Shown here: in pieces, positions 21,786-31,278 of the stretch
Position numbering within the stretch: position 1 is the first letter of the stretch
Layout: every line of letters starts with the position of its first letter
From: Octopus sinensis
Taxonomy: Eukaryota
Direction of reading: 5' to 3'
NCBI RefSeq assembly: GCF_006345805.1
Contig: NW_021832200.1
Span: 1-31,278 of the forward strand
Length of the DNA stretch: 31,278 nucleotides
The notes under the pieces: generated by a model
Databases searched by the model: none
The model's input: only the letters and a program-made list of their open reading frames with translations
What the model was told of the DNA's origin: nothing
Program-made: the position numbers and the translations under genes

Positions 21786-22129
21786 TAGAATCAAATTAAC
21801 TCAGGTATCAATTTAATCTTACTTTAATGTAGACATCGCTTTGTTTCGTTTCAATGAAAGAATTTGGCTGCCACTTCTAACCTGTCGGATTCGTAGTGGA
21901 AGCTTATTGTTTGCTTCGACGTGAAGTAGTAAAAGAACAGTGGACGGTGATTGGCGAGGGTGGAAGCAATATCGGCTGTCTTCGTGTTTGAGGATTCGGC
22001 AAACGCTGACGCCGGTGGTCTTGAAATAAACTTCACTTCTAAAAGAGGTGCTAAATCAAACATTGTTCTTGGAATGGTTATTTGATACTTATCGATAACG
22101 ATGGAAATAAATGGATGTATGAGGTACTT

Positions 22130-22140
22130 TGTGTGTGTGT

Positions 22141-22197
<57 letters not shown>

Positions 22198-22357
22198 AAA
22201 GTGTGTTACAGGGTTGTTAGTGTGAGAGTGTATGTGTGCATATGTGTTTGAGTATTAGTATGTGTGTTTCTGTGAATATTTGATAAAGAAAATGCATTTA
22301 TATATAATATATATATACATGTATGTGTGTATATATGTATATATATATATGGTGTGT

Positions 22358-22392
<35 letters not shown>

Positions 22393-22454
22393 ATACATAT
22401 ATATGCGCACACATATATAATATATATACATATTATATATGCATACATACATAC

Positions 22455-22496
<42 letters not shown>

Positions 22497-22668
22497 TGGG
22501 TGTATAAGTGCGTGCACGTATGAGTGCGTATATCTGTGTGATTAGATGCACGAATATATATACAGAGAAACAAGCATATATATATTATTATTATTAATAA
22601 TAATGATGTGTGTATGTATGTATGTATGTATGCATGCATGTATGTATGTATATATGTATGTATGTACA
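22130..22668. repeat. (TG)n/(TA)n/(TATG)n compound microsatellite
   Basis: Directly visible. Confidence 0.93.
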
Positions 22669-22959
22669 GAATAATAGATATATTTATGATGCTATGTCAT
22701 CACGTTTTCCTCTTGTTTGAAGAAGTCTTCTAGTTGCCATTATTAAGCATTGTTTCGAATGAATCTTAACTTAATGTTGGAAATCAAAAGAAACAAGAAT
22801 GCGGTTTGAAAATGGCGCCTCTTGTTGCTTTTGATCAAGATATTGGTTTGTGGTCAAGCCGGAAGGGAATTTGGCGACTTGATAGATTCTACGAACTTGA
22901 ACTACTTTCAACATTGTGGTACACGGCCCGATGAGGGAGCGTGTACGTAGTTGTTTCAC

Positions 22960-23135
22960 GAGCTAGAAATAGCTGCCATATCTCCTCCAAATCACACTTA
23001 TCGTATTAAACAGAAACTCATTAGGTATTTTAGTTTGGGTATGTTATCCTTGAAAACCAAAAGATGAAACGATCATGACTGGAACGGATTGACTTTCATC
23101 CTAGATCTACAAGATCTGGACTGAACTCGAATTAA
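22960..23135 (-). repeat. Interspersed repeat family D copy
   Basis: GCTAGAAATAGCTGCCATATCTCCTCCAAATCACAC is the reverse complement of the 12968-13000 segment. Confidence 0.55.
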
Positions 23136-23504
23136 AATCCAATTACCGTATTTTCCGGCATACAAATGGAATTTCAAACGGAAAGTTACAGCCAAAAAGA
23201 TAGATTTACACAGCAAGATAGTTTTAGACAACCATTTGTGAAATACATTAAGATTTGTAAAGAATACGTACACTATATACTTCGTCGACTTGTATTCCGA
23301 AAATACAGTGATCCAATTGTTGTAGCTCTTATGTAACTTAAAGAACAATTAACTTAATTGCAGTTTGTCATGGACTTTTTTGCAACATATCACACACATG
23401 GCCGTGTTGCAAAGAGCTAGAGTGCTGAAGAAATAACAGACGAAATCGATGGTTCGAATCACATCAATGTGGCTACGTCTGATCCATATCGAGTTATCCG
23501 AGGT

Positions 23505-23770
23505 CGAAACATGACCGAATGGTTAAGGCAGTCACTTCACATCTATAAGGTCTTGGGTTCGATCTCACTACGCGGCATCTTGAGAAAGCCTCTGTTATTG
23601 TGGTATCGAGTCGAATCAAGACTTAGCAGTGAAGTTATGTTGATGGAGAAGGTGCGGAAGCCTGGTGAATGTATTACATTATGTCTCGCTGATCCTACGT
23701 CATTATTACATTAAGTATACACATGTTTGTGGAATACTCAGCCACTTAAGCGATAAACCAACGAGCAAGT
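23505..23770 (+). mobile_element. Old, degenerate tRNA-derived SINE related to family A
   Basis: TGACCGAATGGTTAAGG A-box, GGTTCGATCTC B-box, CACTACGCGGCATCTTGAG CORE-like block. Confidence 0.6.
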
Positions 23771-24164
23771 GGCTCAGACAATCGAAAATTTAAATACTCA
23801 TTGTCGAAGCCGAGGAAGATTTATTTTGTAAGTTGCAACGGCAACCAAATTAAGTAGATACGACACGGATCAGTTTACTACAGCGAAACAGCAGCAACTG
23901 GCGAGGAATTGGCAGCAATGGTGAGGAATTGGCACAAACAGTAGATGAAAACATTGAAAACATTTCATCTCTGCAAGCAGTGGCAGCACAGTGTAATAAC
24001 ACGAACGTTTCTTTGATCTCTTGTATCGAGATTAAGTGTTAGATTGGCTTTGTGTTATTATGCAGTGGTAGTTTCATATATATATATTCCGGTTCACAGA
24101 ATGTAGCAGAAATTGAGCTTACACATACATACTTGCATGCATATTCATATACGTAATATACATA

Positions 24165-24201
<37 letters not shown>

Positions 24202-24208
<7 letters not shown>

Positions 24209-24520
24209 TCCGTAATAATGAAGGGTGATAATTAATTAATTTGGAATAATTATCAATTACACCAGTAGTCTTCGGCATGTAAAGCCTCATTTGAGGAAAA
24301 TTTAAGTAATACTAAGCAATAAGGGTTCAGCAACGAATGCCTTACCACATACCGAATTTAGAAATAGCAGTCAAAGGGTTATAGCTATTTCTTCTACTAA
24401 AAAGGGAGATCTCATTTTTTACTGAGATCTCCTTTTAGTAGAAGAAATAGCTAAACCTTGACTGCTATTTCTAAATTCGGTATGTGGAAGGCAATTCGTT
24501 GCTGAACCCTTATTGCTTAG

Positions 24521-24523
<3 letters not shown>
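24202..24523. mobile_element. Inverted-repeat element with ~105-bp unique extension inside (TA)n, E5
   Basis: Arms 24309-24414 and 24423-24523 with an 8-bp spacer; flanked by (TA)n on both sides. Confidence 0.75.
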
Positions 24524-24577
<54 letters not shown>

Positions 24578-24664
24578 ATATATAATATTGTGTGTGTGTG
24601 TGTATGTATATATATAACATGTATGCATATGTATATATATATGTGTGTTGTGTGTGTAAGTAGG

Positions 24665-24695
<31 letters not shown>

Positions 24696-26144
24696 CATAT
24701 AGTGTGTGTGTGTGTGTGTGTATCCATTTAGATGGATGGATGGATGTATACAATACCTGACAAATTCATTTGTTGAAGCTAGAACGCTTTTGATGACATG
24801 AGACTAAACAACAGCCCAGAGAAGGAATCGAACCCAGAGCGACGGCAAGCCAACGAAGCCTCCCCAGCAATGAACAAGCATCGCAACACCCCACTTCGCG
24901 CTTCTTTACCGCAAGATATAACGGAACGTAGTGCGTTGGGTGTCCTTACCTCGGCTATAATTATATGAACCACCAAGCCATTTGCTGATTGGACAAATAC
25001 CCTGTTGACTTAGCTAGCTTCAGCATTCATAAATATATAACCAAACGAATAAATTAATTTTTTTTTTCAATCTTAAGCTGATGTTTTGTTTCCCTTCTTG
25101 TGTTTGTTTTTTTTTATTTTCTATCTTTTTTTATTTATTTATCGATTTCTAAAGGTTTTCCATAACACGCCAGCATTATTGTCTCGGCCCGAATGAGAAC
25201 ACGGTTAAATATAATCATTAGACTTTTTTCCGCATGTTCCTCACAATGTAAATATTAGGAACATGCTTATCAGCCACTACAAGAAGGTAATCTATAAGCT
25301 CACTCTGTAATTAGTCTGTGTTCTGGCTTTTCACTTATAAGTATTGGTACAATTCGTTGTTGTTGCTGTGGTGGTGGTGGTGGTGGTGGTTGCAGGATAG
25401 AGTGTTGTCGATTAGTCACGTCTTATTAAAAAGAAACAAAACACGCAGCCCAAAACAAAACCAAAAAAAAAACTAATAATAACATGGAGAAAAACAAAAA
25501 GAAAAAATATCTAGAAAAAAAAAGGGCAAAGTGAAAGTGAAAATAGAATTGAAGATTTCGCTAACTTTCATTTCCTTTACAACGATGTGCATTTAGCTGA
25601 GATTGAGGCGTGTAATTATCAGCTGTAAACCTAGAGCACACATCTACACAGCAGAAAACACACGTAATAAATGTTTGGTAAATTCTAATTTGAAAATGAA
25701 GAATCGCAGAAAACCTCAGCAAACATTAACCTTCTTATTTTTCTACTTTCGATTTGGATCTTGTTGTCTTGTTAAAAAGATAGCAAAGCTCTTCAAGCTG
25801 ATTGGGTCAGGAACTATTAATCGAACGGTCTTCAGTTCAAATCGTATCAATTGCTGTGTATTTTGTCTTCAGTCATCTGTAATTTAAACTCATCTTAGAT
25901 CAATACACTAGCTGTAAACTGCTTCTATTCATAACAACTCACCAGCTAAGTAGTAGTAGGCAGTGTGTGCATTGTGCACTTGACAAGTGTTTCCGAACTC
26001 CGTCGTTATGAAGTCAATCCTGCCTAATGGGTTTGATAGATCTGTAGGCGGACCTTGGGAAATTACTTAAGTCTGTTCACTCAGAGGATCATACTATCTA
26101 AAGGTGAGACTATGCTTCCCTATGTCGTAATATTGATTCCCGCT

Positions 26145-26599
26145 TAAGGCGGCGAGCTGGCAGAAACGTTACCACGCCGGGCGAAATGCGTAGCTGTATT
26201 TCATCTGCCGTTACGTTCTGAGTTCAAATTCCGCCGAGGTCGACTTTGCCTTTCATCCTTTCGGGGTCGATAAATTAAGTACCAGTTACACACTGGGGTC
26301 GATATTATCGACTTAATCCGTCTGTCTGTCCTTGTTTGTCCCCTCTGTGTTTAGCTTCTTGTGGGTAGTAAAGAAATAGGTATTTCGTCTGCCGTTACGT
26401 TCTGAGTTCAAATTCCGCCGAAGTCGCCTTCGCCTCTCATCCTTTCGGGGTCGATTAAATAAGTACCAGTTACGCACTGGGATCGATGTAATCGACTTAA
26501 TCCGTCTGTCTGTCCTTGTTTGTCCTCTCTGTGTTTAGCCTCTTGTAGGTAGTAAAGAAATAGGTATTTCGTCTTTCGCTACGTTCTCAGTTCAAATTC
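26145..26599 (+). mobile_element. SINE family B tandem multimer (full unit, head-truncated unit, partial third unit)
   Basis: Units restart at GTATTTCGTC at 26380 and 26564, each after a ...GTAAAGAAATAG tail. Confidence 0.9.
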
Positions 26600-26671
26600 T
26601 CAAATGGAGAATACTTAGAAGGCGATAAAAGTATAAACATATAAAACTCAGTGATTAAAATAATATTGCAA

Positions 26672-26700
26672 AATTCTGGTTACTTTTGGGTACCCCCTCG
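26672..26700 (-). mobile_element. Mariner-like terminal inverted repeat fragment
   Basis: Reverse complement CGAGGGGGTACCCAAAAGTAACCAGAAT resembles CGAGGG...AAAAGT mariner termini; no partner TIR or TA TSD found. Confidence 0.4.
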
Positions 26701-26723
26701 GGGGGGGCGGTATTCATTATATT

Positions 26724-26986
26724 GACCACACCATCGGATGTTGTTATACATCGCTGGTCACAATGCACTTCGCATTGTTTTAACCATCGAATGATGCCAC
26801 CCCTCCGTCTAGGTGAGCAGGCTAACATCCCCCCACCGCTGATCGGGAGCCTAATCCGTTGCAAGCTGACCCAACGTGAAATGAAATATTTTGTTCGAGA
26901 ACACACCGCGCCGCGCGGTCCGGGAATCGAACCCACAATCTAGCAATCCTGAGTGCAACACCATAACCACCAGGCTACGCACCTTC
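26724..26986 (-). mobile_element. tRNA-derived SINE family C
   Basis: On the minus strand: TAGCCTGGTGG A-box, GGTTCGATTCC B-box, and a tail shared with 13226-13412. Confidence 0.8.
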
Positions 26987-27082
26987 ACGTGTATGCGTGT
27001 GTGCGTATGTGTGTGAGCGTGCGTGTATGTGTATGCGTGTGTGTACATATATGCGTATATGTACATATACAAACACATTCAT

Positions 27083-27083
27083 G

Positions 27084-27162
<79 letters not shown>

Positions 27163-27198
27163 GGATGGATGGATGGATGGATAGATAGATAGATAGAG

Positions 27199-27244
<46 letters not shown>

Positions 27245-27757
27245 TGATAGATAGATAGATAGATAGATAGATATGTTTCTTTATTAGCCAAACAGGCGCA
27301 CACAGATAGAACAAATTACAGGTAGGTAGAGCTTTTCTTTTGAAGGTTTAAAAAAAAAAAAAAAAGGAAGGGGGAGTTTCGATCAAAAGGGATCGTAAAG
27401 GAGAGAAAGAGGATAAAAAGGGGGTTAAAAAAAGGGGGAGAGGAAAAAAAAATTGATCAATAGGGATCGTTATCACAGAAATGTCAATATGAAGTGTAAA
27501 GGAGGAGGACAGGTGAGGTTACCCGTGGAAAGAAAAGCCTACGGAAAAGACCACGGTAACCTCGGTCAATGGAGTCACATGTTATATTTCTTTTTTTTTT
27601 TTTTTTTGCAAATAAGCAACTCTCTGTTTTCAATTTCTGGTTTCATAGGATCATGCTCAAGGTGGCTTCGTCATTCATACGTGCCATTCTTGCTACATTC
27701 ACCCATCTTTTTTTAAAACATTCGCTAGACAAAACTTGCTTCTCTACTCTCACTTTC

Positions 27758-27794
<37 letters not shown>

Positions 27795-27798
27795 CATG

Positions 27799-27894
<96 letters not shown>

Positions 27895-27903
27895 TACAGA
27901 GAC

Positions 27904-27973
<70 letters not shown>

Positions 27974-28086
27974 TAAGACAGACAGATAGACAGATAGGCA
28001 GGCATGCAGACAGACAGACAGACAGACAGATAGATAGATAGAGAGAGAGAGACAGACAGACAGACAGAGACAGACAGACATAGATC
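27083..28086. repeat. (GATA)n/(GACA)n microsatellite split by a LINE fragment
   Basis: GATA arrays at 27083-27272 and 27758-28086. Confidence 0.95.
27274..27757 (-). mobile_element. 5'-truncated non-LTR retrotransposon (L1/Tx1-like), ORF2 C-terminus plus 3' UTR
   Basis: Minus strand encodes [37 protein letters not shown] (stop 27643-27645), an FxxRW-type ORF2 C-terminal motif; pyrimidine-rich 3' UTR with a hairpin, ending AATAAAGAAAC directly in (TATC)n. Confidence 0.6.
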
Positions 28087-28708
28087 AAAACACGGTTATA
28101 ATTCTAGGTTTCATACTCTATTCAAACTAATAGTTCTTGTTTCTATTATTTCCATAATGTTCATACTTATATATTGTGTGTTTCGATGTTATTGAAGTTC
28201 CACCGATTGCACTGACTGACTTTTGTTTGTTCCTTTTAATTATTCCCATAGTTACTGTCCTTAATTCTAAATAGTTTCTCAGTCTCTCCCATGTACTCTT
28301 TCCATTTTAAACTTAATTTTAATATATTAATATTCATTGCCTAAAAATTCAATTTTGGTTTTTTTTTTATTGTTTTTGTTTTTGACATTTTTAAACTAAA
28401 TTAATCAATCTCAAAAATATCTGACTAAATATATAAAACAAAGAGTCTATTCAAATTTCAGCGTCGGCTTAGATGAATGTTGTCCGTTTTAAAATCGTAG
28501 GAGTGAAATGAAAGTGAAAGGAAAAGAAAATGGAAAATAGAAACGAATTCTACGAAATAAAAAATAACCAAAACCTAAAACTACGCAAAAGTGAAACCGT
28601 TCAAATTGGGAACAGCGTAAATTGAGGGTCGACTGTGTACGCGTGTGCGTGTGTGCGTGCGTGCGAGTAAATATAAATGTGTGCGTGTGTGTACAGCAAA
28701 AATATATA

Positions 28709-28929
28709 TATTTCTTTGTTGCCCACAAGGGGCTAAACATAGAGAGGACAAACAACGTGATTAAGTCAATTACATCGACCCCAGTGTATAACTGGTACTT
28801 TATTTATCGACCCTGAAAGGATGAAAGGCAAAGTTGACCTCGGCAGAATTCGAACTCAGAAACGTAACAGCAGACGAAATACCGCTAAGCATTTTGCCCA
28901 GCGCGCTAACGTTTCTGCCAGTTCGTCGC
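28709..28929 (-). mobile_element. SINE family B with 15-bp TSD
   Basis: Homologous to 17769-18002 with an internal deletion; TSD CAGCAAAAATATATA at 28694-28708 and 28930-28944. Confidence 0.92.
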
Positions 28930-29284
28930 CAGCAAAAATATATAATGAGGTGAAACATAAAGCTAGGGTTGGTATTTGGTAGACACTGAGGGTAAAAAAA
29001 GGAAGGAAATGCTATTTTTATGTTTCGAGCATTGTCTCTTCTTCTCAACGATAGAACAGAAGAGGAAGAAACGGCAAAAAAGTAAAACTAGAGAAATTAA
29101 AACACACGTGTATCCATACATCATATACACATATGCAGTGAGAAGGGAGGAAGGAGAGCGAGAAAAAGAGAGAGGAGAGAGACTCAAGGATAAGCACTGG
29201 TGTATATGCTCCGTGCTTTAATACATGTATACACTATTTCTGTATTCAACACATTTTCTTTCTGTTTATAAATTCAAACTTAAA

Positions 29285-29446
29285 TATGTGTATCTGTGAG
29301 TATGTGTATGCATGTATATATATTATAAATTAATGTATATATATATATATGAATGTGTGTGTGTGTGTGTGTACTGTGCTTATACATATATGCATGTATT
29401 TCTTTGTGTGTGTGTGTGTGTGTGAATGTATATATTTATACATATG

Positions 29447-29477
<31 letters not shown>

Positions 29478-29678
29478 ATGTGTGTGTGTGTATATATATA
29501 CTGTGCTTATACATATATGCATGTATTTCTTTGTGTGTGTGTGTGATGTATATATTTATACATATGTATATATATATGTGTGTGTGTATGTGTATATATA
29601 TACTGTGCTTATACATATATGCATGTATTTCTTTGTGTGTGTGTGTGTGTGTGAATGTATATATTTATACATATGTAT

Positions 29679-29713
<35 letters not shown>

Positions 29714-29856
29714 GTGTGTGGTGTGTGTGTGGTGTGTGTGTGTGTGTGTATGTGTATATATGTTGATATATATATATATATGCATACACACATATATATA
29801 TTATATACTGTGCATAAATATATGTACTGTATTTCTTTGTGTGTGTGTGTGTGTAT
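29285..29856. repeat. TA/TG microsatellite with higher-order tandem unit
   Basis: ACTGTGCTTATACATATATGCATGTATTTCTTTGTG at 29373, 29500 and 29602; degenerate copy at 29807. Confidence 0.9.
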
Positions 29857-30683
29857 GAAAGGAATAAGAAGTGACGAGTTATCAAGTATAAAAGTGTGGA
29901 AGTGTGGACGACAATGATGGTATAAAGAGGCTCCCCCTAGTGGGCCACCCTCCCCACTTTCTCCTCCGACCACAACAACCATCGCTGACAAACAGTATTC
30001 CCTTGTGATGTCACAAACTACTACTCCCATCTCTCTCTCTCTCTCTCTCTTTTCCTGTCGTCTGCGTAAAATACCTCGATTATTGTTGAATTCACGACAT
30101 ACGTGTGATGGATTGGATTCTTATCTCAAAGACACGAAAGCACAGCCGTTTGAATGTAATCTTTCAGCGTCTCTTCTCTCGAGAGATATTTCTGATTTAC
30201 AAATATAAATTGCTGAACCTTTCATACAGTTAATTGACAGAGGAATTGGTGAAAAATCGCCTCCAATCTACCGAAATTCAATTCGATTGTAGTGGTTATA
30301 AGATATAATGAATTGTTTTCAATTATGAGCTGACGCTGCATGTATCTATACAGACAATTACTAATTCTTGTCTTGATATAAAAATTCGGAAATTCCTCAG
30401 TTAATTTCTAAAAGTCAACTCAATGAAGATTTTACGTGAAATAAATCATTCTCTCACACATACGACATTTGTTTTATATTTATTTTATTTCGTTTTATTT
30501 ATTTTCGTTCTTCTAATTTTATTGATCATATATTGATTTCTGCAGATATATATCAAGTGAGGTTTCTCTAAGGACAGAAAATATAGTTGATTTTATATCG
30601 ACAACAGGGTTGACGTTGGTGGAATCGGTAGAAGACTGGGAAAATTGCCAGCAGGTCAGGTGATCGAGTTCAACCTCGGACAC

Positions 30684-31272
30684 AGGCATAGCTACGCAAT
30701 CAGAAGATCTCAGTTTCGATCTCACTTCGAGTCATCTTCGGCAAATGACTATATTACCGTAGCTGGCAGCAGGCAGAATCGTTAACAAGTCGGGTGAAAT
30801 GCTTAGCGGTATTTCGTCTGCTGTTACGTTCTGAGTTCAAATTCCGCCGAGGTCGACTTTGCCTTTCATCCTTTCGAGGTCGATAAATTAAGTACCAGTT
30901 ACGCACTGGGGTCGATGTAATCGACTTAATACCTATGTCTGTCCTTGTTTGTCCCCTCTATGTTTAGCCCCTTGTGGGTAATAAAGAAATAAGTATTTCG
31001 TCTGCCGCTACGTTCTGAGTTCAAATTCCGCCGAGGTCGACTTTGCCTTTCATCCTTTCGGGGTCGATAAATAAAGTACCAGTTTCGCACTGGGATCTTT
31101 GTAATCGACTTAATCCCTTTCTCTGTCCTTGTTTGTCCCCTCTATGTCCTTTCTCTGTCCTTGTTTGTCCTCTCTATGTTGGGCAATAAAGAAATATATA
31201 TTACCGTAGCCTGCCCGGTCGGCCGAGATCTTGTATGTGAAAATGAGTTAGCGGAAACTGTGCAGAAACCCA
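30684..31272 (+). mobile_element. Old family A-related SINE split by a family B insertion
   Basis: AGGCATAGCT...GTTTCGATCTCACTTCGAGTCATCTTCGGCAAATG on the left and GATCTTGTATGTGAAAATGAGTTAGCGGAAACTGTGCAGAAACCC on the right are collinear with family A. Confidence 0.55.
30764..31196 (+). mobile_element. SINE family B dimer with 14-bp TSD
   Basis: Second unit restarts at GTATTTCGTCTGCC (~30993); TSD TATATTACCGTAGC at 30750-30763 and 31197-31210. Confidence 0.92.
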
Positions 31273-31278
31273 TAAATG

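Noticed and set aside
21851-22063. CpG-richer segment with a CCAAT box and 70-aa ORF
   Set aside because: No recognisable homology, splice signals or structure; cannot be supported as a promoter or exon.
23420-23465. CTGAAGA...CGAAA hammerhead-like spacing
   Set aside because: No stem II or stem I pairing.
26145-26599. CRISPR-like or tRNA gene array
   Set aside because: Repeats are ~184-bp SINE units without unique spacers; the heads have A/B boxes but no complete cloverleaf.

Overview
AT-rich, microsatellite-saturated, repeat-dense eukaryotic DNA that looks intronic or intergenic. The SINE families and simple-repeat load suggest a cephalopod, probably Octopus (inference). No intact protein-coding gene is supportable, and almost all ORFs in the supplied track are translations of microsatellites or SINEs. 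Recognisable content: (i) several tRNA-derived SINE families in many copies, some with clear 14-16 bp target-site duplications (TSDs) and head-truncated tandem multimers; (ii) a decayed Mutator/Phantom-type transposase (FLYWCH + MULE) split by a SINE; (iii) a TTAA-flanked piggyBac MITE, a Tc1-like MITE, a mariner-like end and weak hAT transposase remnants; (iv) a 5'-truncated L1/Tx1-like LINE inserted in (GATA)n that shares its 3' end with one SINE family; (v) a near-canonical type I hammerhead ribozyme motif next to its own partial inverted copy; and (vi) the most interesting signal, a set of short non-coding elements built as 'unique tail + long inverted (or 187-bp direct) repeat'. These share divergent sequence motifs and conserved hairpins, resemble Penelope-like pseudo-LTR/retrozyme architecture, and lack a hammerhead core.
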